Shown: positions 49,136 to 63,900 of the stretch, one piece after another
Position numbering within the stretch: the first letter of the stretch is position 1
Layout of the letters: every line of letters starts with the position of its first letter
From: Hemiscyllium ocellatum
Taxonomy: Eukaryota
Length of the DNA stretch: 64,000 nucleotides
Assembly: GCF_020745735.1 (NCBI RefSeq)
Contig: NC_083409.1
Location: forward strand, 15,285,873-15,349,872
Direction of reading: 5' to 3'
The notes under the pieces: model-generated
Database searches by the model: none
What the model was told of the DNA's origin: nothing
Seen by the model: only the letters and a program-made list of their open reading frames with translations
Translations under genes and position numbers: made by a program

Positions 49136-49455
49136 TGGCAAATCTCTTCATAACACATAAAGGGAGAGAAACATTGAAAACTGTATTATCATGAGTGAGA
49201 GTCCATTTAAAACAAGGACTATGATGTTAAATGCTCCCAGCCGTAAAGAACACTGGTGTATTGATGTCATTATCTTATTAAACAATATTAAAACCTCAGC
49301 CAAACATTTTCCTGCAGACAGTGTATTTAAAATATCAAGAGGCTTTCCCCATTGTTGGTTTGATCAGTGACGTAACAAGGAAGCAGCAGCTGCCCCATGA
49401 ACTCCAACAAAAGAATGAGAACAGGCTCTTCATATGGAGCTGGCTCCCGAGAATC

Positions 49456-52400
49456 CAATTCAACAGCAGGGACCAAAGAACAAGGGACAATACAGCACAG
49501 GAACAGGCCCTTCGGCCCTCCAAGCCTGTGCTGATACATTTTGCCCTTCTATACTGAAACTATCTTCATCGACAGGATTCATATCCCTCTATTCCCTTCC
49601 TATTCATGCATTAGTGCAGGAATTTCTTGAATACTTCTATTGTGTCTGCTTCCACCCCCTCCTCTGGCTGTGTGTTCCAGGTAGTCAACTTCCACTGTGT
49701 GAAATACTTGGTTTGTACACCTCTTTACAATGAATTCCCCCAAACCCCTGCACCTTGAACCTGCGTCCCCTAGTATTTGACCCCCTCCACCCTGGGAAAA
49801 AGTCTCATTATTTCCACTCTGCCTATCCCATTCACAACTCTGTAAACTTCTATCAGGACACACCTCATTTTCCTGCATTCCAGTGAAAACAAATCCAGTC
49901 TCTCCAACCTTTCTTCAGAACTACAATCCCCCCATACCAGACAATATCCTGGTAAACATTTTCTGCACCGTCTTCAAAACATCCACATCCTTCTTTTTGG
50001 ACTGTGTGCAGTTCTATGCAACCAGAACTGTGTGCACTATTCCAAGTGTGGCCGAACTAAAGTTCTTTCAAGCTGCAGCATAACTTGTCTGTCCTTACAC
50101 TCAATGCCCCTTCCAATGAAGGCAACCAGGCCATCAGCCTTTTTTACTGCCTTACCTCCCTGTGCTGGCACCTTCAGTGGTCTGTGAACATACACACCCA
50201 GATCCCTCTGCATATCAATACTCCAAAGGATTCTGTCATTCACTGTATAATTCCCACCTGTACATCACCTTCCAAAATGCATCACCTCACATTTGTCTGG
50301 ATTAAACTACACCTGCCATTTTTCTGTCCAAGCATCTCTATCCTGCTATATCCTAGATAATCCTTCTCATTCTCTGCACTTCTACCAATCTTTGTATCAA
50401 TTGTAAAATTCCTCATTAGACCAGCTACGCTTTCCTCCAAATCATTTATGTAGACCATATACAGCAGAGTTCCCTGTGGAACACCACGAGTCACAGCCCT
50501 CCATTCTGAAAACCATCCCCCCATCACTGCCCTCTGTCTCCTCCTACTCAGCCAGTTCTGTGCCCAATGCTGGAAACATTTTAGACAAGACACCTTGTCG
50601 CCAGCTCTTACTGCAACTTGATCCAGTTCATTCAGAAAGAGGAAAAGGACAATGTGCAGATTGTTGAACAGGCCCCTACACCTGGTCCTGAGGCAGGAGC
50701 CCAATCTCCAACACACTGGCCTCACTTCACACCAACCTTCACACAGTGCGGGGTCATGAATACCGGCCATCAATCCCTCTGGGACCGGGACGGGGTGGGG
50801 GAACAGGGACAATTGTAGAAGAGTCAATAAGGAGTAAAGAAAGATGGAGAGAGTGTGTTGGAAAGTGTTCAATGGAGGGAACATACCTTGCGATACCCAA
50901 TACTGACAGAGTCTCCATGTATCACAGAATGTACAAAACAGCACTCCAGTAATGTGGCTGACCCTTACCTGCCATTTAAAAGGCTAAAGAAGCCACTCAG
51001 TTTCAGGACAGGTAGGGATGGGGAACAAATGCTGGTCTTGCCAGTGACTCCCACATTCCAGAAAAGAATAGATGGGTTCAGTGATAACACCGTCACCTGC
51101 ACCTGCAGGTTTCAAGCCCCATTCCAGACACTGGAGCACCGTCCTGAGGCTGGCAAAGGTAAAGACGCCATCTGCTGGATGATCGGTTAAACCACTGCCC
51201 TCTCAGGTCGATGTGAATATAAGGGCTTTGTGACCATCTCAGGGAAACTCTCCCCAGTGTGCTGACCAATGCTTCTCTTATAACCAATGGCATTAACACA
51301 GATACATAAACAAAATACTGCAAATCTCAAATAGAAGCTCGATGCTGGAGAAAGGGAACAGGTGCAGCCTCTGTGGGAGAGGAGGTTTAACTTTTTGGGT
51401 TCAGTGATGTTTTATCAAAAAGGCAGCAAAATTATATTTTATTTAATTTTATGCTGTTTTATATTATTTTCTTTAAATTTTGTTGAAAACAAGGTTACCC
51501 GCTTGATTGGAACCACATTCACACACATGCATTCCCCCCACACCGACGCTCAGTAACAGCTCTGTGTACTATTTACAAGATGCACTGCAGAGATTCACCA
51601 AAGATCCTGAGACAACAGCTTCCAAACCCATGACCACTTATATTTGGACAAGGACAGCAGGTACACGGGACCATCACCCCAGCAAGTTCCTCTCCAAGTC
51701 ATTCACCAGTTTGACTTGGAAATATGAATCAGTTCCTACATCATCACTGGCTCAGAATCCTGGAATTCCCCTCCTATGACATTGTGGGTCTACCAACAGC
51801 AGACTGACTGCAGGGGTTCAAGATGGCAGCTAATCACCACCAGGTCCAGGGCAATTAGAGATGGACAGTAAAAAGCCTGGTACAAGAGAGTGTAAATGTG
51901 CTTAAGGACCAGAAAGTGAGACTGCGATGTTTCAGTTATTCCTGGACATTGGTGTGACCACATCTCAAATACTGAGGGTAGTTTTGGTCTCCCTATTGAA
52001 GGAAGAATATAAATGCATCGGAGGTGGTTCACAGGAATTTTACCCGATTGATCCCTGGAATGAGTGGGCTGTGATGAGGAAAGATTGGAAAAGGAGATAA
52101 AGGGAATGGGGCGGAGCAGGGTGTTGAGGTAGGGATAGGTTGAGAATGGTAGAGAATATGACCTGATGAGTCGATGGGAGAGTAATTTGTATTCATCCCT
52201 CCCATCAACCAATCCTCTACCTACCTTCACCTATCCCCATCTCACCACCCTGCCCCCCACTACTCCCTTTATCTGCAGCTCCCCCATCATTCCCCCACCT
52301 CCCAACCCACCCCCATTCCTGAAGAAGGATTACAGCCAAAACATTGATTTCTCCACCTCCTGATGCTGCCTGGCTTGCTGTGTTCTCCCAGCCTCCTGCT

Positions 52401-54021
52401 TGTCAACCTTGGATTCCAGCATTTGCACTTTCTTTTGTCTCTAATCTCTTCAGGGGCCTGGATGAGAGTGAGGGAATTGGGTTTTGATGGAGCTACCCAC
52501 AGACTCAAGTCAAAAGAAGCAAAGCAGGAAAGGCAAGTGGATCGAATACAAGAGACCAAATTGTGAGCAAAAACCAATTATTACTAGTTTAGCAATTGCA
52601 AAGCAGAGAGTGACAACATTGAATTGCTTCTGGTGTCATCCTCTGTGCCCTAACATTTCACAGTGCCAGCTCCACATCCTTCCATTGGCTTTGTCATTGA
52701 GAGGCAACAGTTCCCTTCCCACAGCATAGAACATAGAACATAGAAAAATACAGCGCAGTACAGGCCCTTCGGCCCTCAATGTTGCGCCGACCGAATCCTA
52801 CCTAACCTACACTAGCCCAATAACTTCCAAATGCCTATCCAATGCCCGTTTAAATGACCATAAAGAGGGAGAGTTCACCACTGCTACTGGCAGGGCATTC
52901 CATGAACTCACAACCCGCTGTGTAAAGAATCTACCCCTAACATCTGTCCTACACCTTCCACCCCTTAATTTAAAGCTGTGTCCCCTTGTAACAGCTGACT
53001 CCATTAGCGGTAAAAGGTTCTCAGTGTCTACCCTATCTAAACCCCTAATCATCTTATACACCTCTATCAAATCTCCCCTAAACCTTCTTTTCTCCAATGA
53101 GAACAGCCCCAAGTGCCTCAGTCTTTCCTCATACGATTTTCCTACCATACCAGGCAACATCCTGGTAAACCTCCTCTGCACTCGTTCCAATGCCTCCACA
53201 TCCTTCCTATAGTATGGCGACCAAAACTGCACACAATACTCCAGATGAGGCCGCACCAGAGTCTTATACAACTGCAACATGACCTCAGGACTCCGGAACT
53301 CAATTCCTCTGCCAATAAAGCCCAGTATACCATATGCCTTCCTCACAGCACTATTTACCTGGGTGGCGACTTTCAGAGATCTGTGTACATGGACACCAAG
53401 ATCCCTCTGCTCATCCACACTACCAAGTAGCCTACCATTAGCCCAGTAATCCATCTTCTTGTTACTCCTACCAAAGTGAATGACTTCACACTTAGCTACA
53501 TTGAATTCCAATTGCCACCTTTCTGCCCAGCTTTGCAACTTGTCTATATCCCGCTGTAACCTGCCACATCCTTCCTCACTATCCACAACTCCACCGACTT
53601 TTGTGTCATCCGCAAACTTACTCACCCAGCTTTCAAGCCCCTCCTCTAGATCATTTATAAAGATAACAAAAAGCGATGGTCCCAAAACAGATCCTTGAGG
53701 TACACCGCTAGTAACTGCACTCCAAGATGAACCTATACCATCAACTACTACCCTCTGTCTCCTTCCAGCCAGCCAATTTCTAATCCAAACCTCTAATGCA
53801 CCCTCAATGCCATACCTCCGTAGTTTTTGCATTAGCCTACCATGGGGTACCTTATCGAACGCCTTACTAAAATCCATATACACAACATCTACTGCTTTAC
53901 CCTCGTCCACCTCCTTAGTCACCTGCTCAAAGAACTCAATAAGGTTTGTGAGGCACGACCTGCCCTTCACAAAACCATGCTGACTATCCTTGATCACGTT
54001 ATTCCTATCCAGATGTTCATA
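49456..54021 (+). repeat. Segmental duplication block X, copy 2
   Basis: Matches 1-4563 and ends abruptly inside the CR1 at ...CAGATGTTCATA|CACTCAGG. Confidence 0.95.
52725..54021 (-). mobile_element. Young CR1 LINE fragment with an uninterrupted 405-codon RT/C-terminal ORF, cut by the duplication junction
   Basis: ORF 52807-54024 with all RT motifs and the same (TTCTATG)n tail. Confidence 0.96.
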
Positions 54022-56177
54022 CACTCAGGGGGTTTGGATTGGAAGCTGAGTTGTAAGAATCCTGATACATCAGGGAGGGGCAGCGATACCTGGAGACTTT
54101 GTTCCAGATGGAAGGTGTAAGCCTCAGGACTGGGCAGTCCGATTCCATGTTAGTAAGGGGCAGGAGGGTATGGCCCAAGAGGGGGTCAGGTAAAGTTTTG
54201 GAGAATAAAGTGGGACAGGAAAACCCCCCACTCTTCGAAACTCCAGTGAGAACAAGGCCAGCCTTTCCAATTCTTCCTCATCACACAGACCCCTCATACC
54301 AGGGATCAGTCGGGTAAAACTCCTCTGAAACACTTCCAATGGATTTATATTCTTTCTGCAATTAGGAGACCAAAAGTTCATACAAACTTTGAGATGTTCA
54401 GAACAAACTGAAACATCACATTCTCACTTTCAGATCCCTAATCACACCTGCTCTTACTTTGCACCAGCCTTGTTACTGTCCATTTCTCATTGTCATGTAC
54501 ACAGTGGCGCTGAGCTGCTTTCTTGAACCGCTGCAGTCTGTGTGCTGTAGGTAGACCCAGAATGTGCAGAGGAAGGGGATTCTCGGATTCTGACACAGTA
54601 ACAATGTAGGAACAGTGATATATTTCCATATCAGAATGCTAAATGGCTTGAGGGGAACGTGCAAAGACCGGTGTTCCTGTGTATCTGCTACCATGTCCTT
54701 CTTGATGGAAGTGGTCATGGGTTTGGAAGGTACTCTCTCAGGATCTTTGCTGAACCTCTGCAATGTATCTTGTAGATAGTGCACACAGCTGTTACTGAGG
54801 GTCAATGTGGAGACAATGGATATATGTCGATGTGGTGCCAATCAAGCCGAGAGAAATTTGATAAACAAGATTTAAATAAAACAAAATAACATAAAACAGG
54901 TTAAAATTAAATAAAATCATCAAAAACTGTGGTGTCTTTTTGATAAAACATCACTGAATCCAAAACATTATTCCCTCCTCTCTCTAAAGCAGCTGCACCT
55001 GTTCCCTTTCTCCAGCATCTTGTTTTATTTGAGATTTGCTGTATTTTACTCTTGTATCTGTTTTAATGCCATTGGTTATAAGAGAAGCATTGGCCAGCAC
55101 ACTGGGGAGAGTTTCCCTGAGATGGTCACAAAGCCCTTATATTCACATCGACCAGAGAGGGCAGTGGTTTAACCGATCATCCAGCAGATGGCGTCTTTAC
55201 GTTTGCCAGTCTCAGGATAGTGCTCCAGTGTCTGGAGTGGGGCTTGAAACCTGCAGGTTCAGGTGACTGTGTTACTGAGGCCGTCTATTCTTTCCTGGGA
55301 TGTGGGTGTCACTGACAAGACCAGCATTTGTTCCCCATCCCTAACTGCCCTGAAACTGAGTGGCTTGCTGGGCCTTTCAAATGTCAGGTAAGGGTCAGCC
55401 ACATTGCTGGAGTCCTGGCAGAGTCAGATGTCTACAACAGGTCTACAAGAACAGGACCCTTCTGCCCAATGAGCCAAAGCCAGTCAAACAACCACCTCAC
55501 TATTCTAATTCCATGTTCCAGCACTCAGTCCATAGTCCTGTGTGCCTTGGTATTACAGCTGCACACCGAAATACTTCAATGATATGGGAGAGCTTCTGCC
55601 TCAACCATTCTTACAGAAAGCAAGTTACAAATTACCACCACCTACTGCACGAAAGTGTGTTTCCTCATATTCCTTCTTAATTTTCAGCCATTTCTCTTAA
55701 ATCTATGCCCCCGGTCATTGATCATGAAATAACTCCACATCATCAAGTCACCCTTTATTTACACATCAACCATCCTTGACTGTAATGTCTCAAATAGAGT
55801 TAGGCACCAGAGGCACAGGGTCCCTAACACCCAACCTGTTTGATGTCAGTAAGTCATCTCCCTGTTATATCCTTGTAAAGATTCGAGCTTTTCTTGTGAA
55901 ACTCCTTTGGGATTTTTTAATGGCACAGAGTCTCCCACACACTCCCATCTCTCTTGATGCACACCCTTGTCTGGTTAATTCTTCCCATTTCCTTCTCTTC
56001 TTTCAGCTCATCCCATTTCAATAAAGTCTGTGATATTTCCATGGAGGATGTGTACTTGAAACCGCCAGAGAGAAGTTCCTATGAAGAAGCACTACAATAG
56101 AAGGAAGGCTGATATTTGCAGGAAGCCTGGACTGTGCCCTTGTGAACCTTTTCCAAACATTTCCATGTGATCTGTCA

Positions 56178-58015
56178 GCCTCCTTCAACTCTTCCCATTT
56201 CCTCCAAATCCAGTGGGTGACCATGGGTCCCAGCTATGTCTGCTTGTTGTCGGCTACATCAAACAACACCTCACCAGTACATGCACAGGCACCATTCCCC
56301 AAATCATCCACCATTACATCAGCGACTGCATCAGTGCTGCATCCACCACCCAGGCTGAACTGGAGCAGTTCATCGACTTTGCTAACAACCTCCAACCTGC
56401 CCTTTAATTCACATAGTCCATCTTGGACAAATCCTTCTTCTTTCTTGATTGCTCCATTTCCATCTCCGGTGACAGTCTAGGATCAGACATTTACTGTAAA
56501 TCCACAGACTCTCACAACGACCTCCTCCCAACCAGTATCCTGCAAGAACACCCTCCCGTTTTCCCAATTCTTCCATCTCCGTCATGTCTGCTCGAACGAG
56601 GAGACGCTCCACTCCCAAGTGTCCCAGATGTCCACTTATTTTGAACAATGTACTTTTCCCACCTCTGCCATCCAGAAAGCCCTCCACCGCACCTCTTCCA
56701 TTCTCTGCTTCCCAAATCTAAACACCCCTCTCCAAAATGCAATAAAGACAGGGTTCCCCCTTGTCTTCATCTTACACCCCACCAATCTCCGCATCCAACG
56801 TATCAGCCTCAAACAATTCTGCCAACTCCAGCTAGACCCCACCACCAAAGCATCTTACCCTCCCCACCCCTCTCTGCCTTCCACAAGGACTGTTCCCTTT
56901 GCCAATCCTTGGTTTTCACCACACTTCACACCTACCCTCCCCCCCACCCCCCCCCCCAACAAAACCCTGGTACCTTCCCCTGCAACCGTAAAAGATGCAA
57001 AACCTGCCGACACACCACCCCTGTCATTTCCATCCAGGGCCCCAGTCCTTCCAGGTCAGACAAAGATTAGATTAGATTAGATTAGACTTACAGTGTGGAA
57101 ACAGGCCCTTCGGCCCAACAAGTCCACACCGACCCGCCGAAGCGCAACCCACCCATACCCCTACATTTACCCCTTACCTAACACTACGGGCAATTTAGCT
57201 TGGCCAATTCACCTGACCGCACATCTTTGGATTGTGGGAGGAAACCGGAGCACCCAGAGGAAACCCACGCAGACACGGGGAGAACATGCAAACTCCACAC
57301 AGTCAGTCGCCTGAGTCGGGAATTGAACCCGGGTCTGCAGGCGCTGTGAGGCAGCAGTGCTAACCACTGTGCCACCGTGCCGCCCAAGGTTCACCTGCCT
57401 CTGCTCCTACCAAGTTTATTGTATCCGGTGCACCCGTTGTGGTCTTCTCTACACTGGTGAGACCGAACTTAAACTAAGGGCATGTTTTGCTGAGCATCTT
57501 AGCCATGCTCACAAAGGCTGACCTGGCCTCCCAGTCACTGCCTATTTCAATTCCCCTTCCTATTCCCTCTCTGACATGACCATCTTCTGCCTCCTCCATT
57601 GCCACAAACAATCAGACTGCAAACTGGAGGAACAAATAATTATCTTTTCCCTGGGGTAGCTCAGAACCCAGAGGAATCAACATTGAGTTCTCCAATTTCA
57701 AAAAGCCTCCCTTTCCCAACTTTCGACTCCCTTTCCAGTCCCCCTCCTCCATTCTATTCCACTTACAGACCCTCCCTTCCAGCCACCAAATGGATTCATT
57801 CCTCCCATCGACCAAGCACTTCAAACCCTCTATTTGTGTTCATCCATCAATACCTACCACTCCACCATTCCCCTCCACCTACCCAAACAACTGATCCCAC
57901 CTTGATTTGCAGCTCCCCCTACCCCCACCTGCAGTTCTGAAGAAAGGTTATACCCGAAATGTTGACTGCTCCACCTCCAGTTCTGCCTGACTTGCTGTGT
58001 TCTTCCAGCCTCCTG
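56178..58015 (+). mobile_element. Penelope-like retroelement, copy 2 (longer at its 5' end, SINE-interrupted)
   Basis: SFNSSHFLQI..MGPSYVCLL RT motif, GIY-YIG region and hammerhead core at 57931-57969. Confidence 0.9.
57065..57385 (-). mobile_element. Young HE1-like SINE, present only in Y copy 2
   Basis: Inserted in the Penelope GIY-YIG region with AAG on both sides; the equivalent site at ~41960 is empty. Confidence 0.93.
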
Positions 58016-60902
58016 TAAGCCTCCATCCCAGTCTGATAACCATCTCGAACACTGGAAGGAAATGCCCAGGGTGCAGGTTAACGTGGTGCAAAAAGCCTTT
58101 CAGCTGAAACTTCCGTGTTTGCCTCCAGTGTGGATTTTCATTTGCTCATTGCTCCCCTTTTACATGATAATGGAGAGAGAACTCTTGTGGGTGCAGTTTT
58201 TTTTTAAATTGTCCCAGGATATTTAAAGTTGCGTGTGCAGTGCAATCACCTTCACAAGACAAAATGCTGAGGTCCCAAAATCAGCAAATGAATGATGAGA
58301 CAAATATGTTTTGGTGGCATTGGATGAATATTGAGCAGGATACCCGAGGGAATCTCTTTTAGAATGGGACCTTGTCGAGCCCCCTGAGGTGGAAGGATTG
58401 GGGTCTGGGTGGTGCTGGTGGGGCTTTAAATGAACATCCCATACATAACATTGTGTCAGAGTTCAATCCAATGACCATTTGACTCTGAAGCAGGAACATT
58501 GCCCATGGAGTCACCGTCAGTAACAATGTAAACTGTGTAGCTCTGAAAGCCTGAGTCTGTATTTCAGCTTAGAAGGATATCATTTCATTCACCAAATCTG
58601 TTTCTTCCCCTCTGCAGGCTGACCAGGCTGCTGGTTCCTTTCCCACACTCTCACGTTTTCCCATGTGCCACAGCTCATTCTCCTGAGGGATAGTTTGCTC
58701 GGAGTCGAAAAGTGTGGCGCTGGAAAAGCACAGCAGGTCAGACAGTTGTGCTCAGGCCGAGGACATGACCTTGTCCCTCTGTCAGATCCTCTTTGAGAAA
58801 CCCATGGCTCACCACCGCCCTCTCCAGGACAGTAAGGGAAGGGCAACAGCAAGGATAGAGATGGGGATACGAAGCTGCAAGTGCTGCACTCTGCAGTTTG
58901 GTGACCCACTTTGATATCTGTTTATTCGATCTTTGAGTGTAATTCATTTTTTTGCTGATCCCAGTGTCAATCCAAAGGACACTCCACCTTTCAGTCTGAC
59001 AAACCAGGGTCACCCATGTCATGGCTCTGTTTCTGGCCGAGAGTCCAGTCTTCCAAAGAGATGAATTGAAGCCTCACCAGTTTAATCATTTTAATTTTAC
59101 ATCATTTCTCCTGATTTCTCCAGAGCGGGCGTTGCCTTTCCCCAATTGTCCTGGAGAGGGCGGGGGTGAGCCATGTAATACCTGGAAAGGAAGGCGCTGG
59201 AACCTGTACAAAAAAGACATGAAATTCAATGTGATGTTCACAAATGTTCTTTTGGCGAGGGTGCCTGGTCTGTGACTCCTGCCCCACCGTGACATGATCC
59301 ATTTTTAATGACCCCATGATCTGGTTCAGCAAAGAACTTAGTCCAAGCAACTGGGGGTGGGCAATAAATATGAAGCTCACCAATGATGAAGCAGAAATAA
59401 TAATGAGAAGGAATAATGCAGCTCCTTGCTCTCTGCCTTTTAGCCTCTGAGCCAGCACACTCTCACCGTTCTGGGTTTCTAATCCTCTAACATTAATTCA
59501 TTAGAGTGTGGGAATATAGGAAGAGGTTTTATTTTGAACTATAAGGTCTCTTTTCTCCGTGACTCTCTCCTTTACAACCCCCTACAATCCTGTCACCAGA
59601 TTCTTGTACTGACAGCCTTGTTGTGCAGAGTGAAAGCTCTCGGTGTTCTCTGAGGCCTCACTGCCTTGTGTCTGTCTCCACTGCAACATAAGGCAAATGA
59701 CGTGTTTCTGAAACCCTGTTGAAATTAAAAGCCAGCAAAGAAAATGACTGCAACAAGAATTGAGTTGGTCTTGTTCAAAAAAATAATTTTCATTTTAAAA
59801 TTACATTTTTGTCAGTGAGTGACAAAGGAAAGATGGGGGTCCAGAATTGCTGCAGCCTCTGTCAGAACATAGGGCCCAGGAGCAGGAGCAGGCCTTTTGG
59901 GAGCTGCTGTGCCAATGAAGAAGATCACTGCTCATCTGGTTATGGTCTCGCCCGTACTTTCTGCTTCCCCATCCCCTCCCATTATCCTTAATTGCCTTGT
60001 TCATCAAAAAAATCTGTCGACTGTAACCTTGTGCCAACTCCATGAGTGAACCTCCATTCCCATGTAGAGAAGAGAATTCCACAGACTATCAATCCTCAGC
60101 AAGAAAACCCCTCCTTCCCTTTAAACTGGAGACTGGTTTGTGTTAAACCAGCCCTCCAGTTCTCATCTGCTCGATAACAGGATCCACCCTCTCAGTATCC
60201 AGCCTGTCATGTCACCTTCAGATCAGAAACTGGTAATGAGAGAGAACAGGTTACATCAGTGAGACTTTTCCCCAGAGGTGATGAACAGTGTTGATGTAAA
60301 TTGTTTTTTCCGGTCCCAGAGTCCAGAACAAGAGGGTTGTTAAAATTGTAATTCAGACGATTTCAGGAAAATTTCTTTCCGACAGAGTGATGGAAATCTG
60401 GAACCCTCAATCCAAAATAAAAAGCTGTTGAGGTTGGGTTTCAATATCCATTTACTCAGGGCAGTACGGTTTACAGGATAAAGGGAGAATGTATTCCAGG
60501 TCAGCCATGTCCTGATTAACTGGGGAACTAAGTCAAAGCAACTGATTGGTCATTCCCACTGGAATCCACTGGAATGACTACTGGTGTGTTTGCGGCTAAT
60601 GGAAGGAGTCATTACCCATAGTCTTCAGCAGCTGTGCAAGTCCTCCATAGTAACTAGAAAGCAGCTGTTTCACTGTGCCTGAACAATACAAAGTCAGAGG
60701 ACACACTACACCAGGTTCTAGCCCAACTGATTCATTTGAAATCACAAGCTTCTAAAGCGCTGCTCCTTTATCAGGTGTACCCCAGTCCACCATCGGCATT
60801 TCCACATTACTGAACAGTCCAAATAAACTGGGGCTCTGTGAGGATCGAACCAGCTGGATCTGTACAAACGAGGAGAGAGAGAGAGAGAGAGAGAGAGACA
60901 GC

Positions 60903-60948
<46 letters not shown>

Positions 60949-63900
60949 ATCTTTTGAACCAGGATACCTAATTGCACTACAATAAAAATGCTCTGCATGC
61001 TGTGATATATCAAAAATAAGCACTTTGGTGTAACTTTTGATTGTCCTCACAGTGTGCTATTTTATTCATGATGTGATACACGGAGACTATGTCAACGTTG
61101 GGTGGCAAAAAGTATATTTTCTCCACTAATCCCTTTCCAAAACGCGCTCTCCATCTTGCTTTAATCCTTATTGACTCTTCTACAATTGCCTCTATTTCCT
61201 CACTCCTTTCCGGTCCCAAAGGAACATATGGACAGAGTTCATGACCCCAATCTGTCTTAAATTTCATGTGTAGTGTGTTGGAGCTTGGGCCCTTCCCTCA
61301 GGCCCAGGTGTAGGGGCCTGTTCAACAATCTGCACATTGTCCTTTGTCTCTTTCTGAATGAACTGGATCAAGTTGCAGTAACGATCTGGAAACAAGGTGT
61401 CTTGTCTAAAATGTTCCCAGCATTGGATACAGAACTGGCTGTGTCAGAGGAGAGAGCATAGTGATGGAAGGATGGATTTCAGAATGGAGGGCTGTGTCTT
61501 GTGGGGTTTCACAGGGATCAATGATGGTACCTTTGCTGTCCATGGTCTCCATAAGTGATTTGGACGAAAACATGGCTAGTCTAATTCATGAGTTTGTGGA
61601 TGCCACAAAGATTGCTGGAGTTGCAGTTAATGATCAGATTATCAGAGGATACAGCAGGACATAGATCAATTGGATGCATGGATAGAAAATGGCAGATGAA
61701 GTTTAATCCAAATAAATGTGAAATGATGCATTTTGAAAGATGAAGCACGTGGCAGAATACCTGCACAGTGAATGGCAGAACCCTTTGGAGTATTGAATTG
61801 CAGAGGGATCTGGATGTACATGTTCACAGATCACTGATGGTGGCAGCACCTAAGGTAGTAAAAAAGGCAATGGCAGGCTTGGCTACATTGGGAGGAGCAC
61901 TGAGTATTAGGATAGACAAGTTATACTGCAGCTTTACTGAACTTTAGTTTGGCCATACTTGGAATATTGCATATGGTTCTGGTCACCATGACCAGAAGGA
62001 TGTGGATGCTTTGGAGAGGGTACTGAAAAAATGTACCAAGAATGCTGTCTGATATGAGGGATTTTCCCAGGGTAGAGGGGTCAGTTACTAGGGGACACAG
62101 GTACAAGGTGTGGGAGGGGGTGGGTGGGTGCAGTGGGGAATTAAAACAGATGTGTGAGGTAAGTATTTCACACAAACGGTGGTGAGGGCTGGAACACGCT
62201 GCCAGTGGAAGTGGTGGAAGCAGACACAATAGCAGCATTCAAGAAATACCTGGATGAATACACGGAAAAGAAGGGAATAGAGGGATATGAATCCTGTAGG
62301 TGAATACAGTTTCGGTGAGGAAGGGCAAAATGTGTCAACACAGGCTGGGAGGGCCGAAGGGCCTGTTCCTGTGCTGTATAGTTCCTTGTTCTTTGGTCCC
62401 TGCTGTTGAATTGGATTCAAACCAACAATGCAGGAAGACTCATGATGAAGTGGGTGTTTGTTTGATTTCTCACTTGTGTTAATACAGTTTTAAATGTGTC
62501 TGCGTACTTTCCCCTCTCTCTCTGTGGAGGGTGTCTCTGTCATTGTCTCCACCCGACCTTTCCACTCTCATAGTGATAGCAGTTTTTGCATTCCTTCTGT
62601 TCGGGGGAGCTGTCATTCCCCCGCCCATATTACAACAATGACTAGACTTTGGAATTTCTCCATTAGCTGTAAAACATCTTTGAACATCCTGAGCTCATGA
62701 ACAGTGTAACAGAAGGGCAATTCTCTCTCCTTTTTGTTTCCTCTCCATGCCTTCCCATCTGTCTCCCCACAACATCCCTCCCTTGTTTAAAATCTGGAAT
62801 GAATTATGAGTCTCTGGGAGAATTTAATCTGTGGCAACATTGAAACTAACAATAACCACCTCCTTGGTGGGCTTTGAGTGTGAAGGTCAATAACACTCTC
62901 ACTGGGACTTGATCTGGGTTGTCTCCAGTCAGTCAGTGTTATTGTTCTGGGGCCAGACATTACTGACCAACCTTAGACCCTGTGATCTGATTGAGATGAC
63001 GGATGACCTGCACTGGGCTTTAACACACTGTTACCACAGCACAGAGTGAAATCATGTAGCGCTGGTTAGGCAGAATCCCTGGAGCAGGAGAGTCGACGTT
63101 TTGAGCATAAGCTCTTCATCAGGAATGGAGAGGAGGGAGTGAGGAGTCGGAGAGATAAATAGGAGGGAATTGGGGCTGGCGAAAATGTAATGAAGATTGC
63201 AATAGGTACGTGGAGGTGGGGGGTGACAGTGATCAGTCAGAGTGAAGGGTGGAGTGGATAGGTGGGAAGGAAGATGGACAGGTAGGACAGTTCAAAAGGG
63301 TGGTGCCGAGTTGGAGGGTTGGATCTGGGATAAGCTGGGGGAGTGGAGATGAGGAAACAAGTAACATCAACATTCAGAGTATTGAGTACAGGAGTTGGGA
63401 GGTCATGTTGCGGCTGTACAGGACATTGGTTAGGCTACTGCTGGAATATTGCATGCAATTCTGGTCTCCTTCCTATCGGAAAGATGTTGTGAAACTTGAA
63501 AGGGTTCAGAAAAGATTTACAAGGATGTTGCCAGGGTTGGAAGATTGGAGCTACAGGGAGAGGCTGAACAGACTGGTGCTGTTTTCCCTGGAGCATCAGA
63601 GGCTGAGTGATAACCTGATAGAGTTTTACAAAATTACGAAGGGCATGGATAGGATAAATAGACAACATCTTTTCCCAGTGGTTGGGGAGTCCAGAACTAG
63701 AGGGCATAGGTTTAGGGTGAGAGGAGAAAGATACAAAAGAGACCTAAGGGGCAACTTTTTCACGCAGAGGGTGGTATGTGTATGGAATGAGCTGCCAGAA
63801 GATGTGGTGGAGGCTGGTGCAATTGCAACATTTAAGAGGCATTTGAATGGGTATATGAATAGGAAGGGTTTGGAGGGAGATGGGCTGGGTGCTGGCAGGT

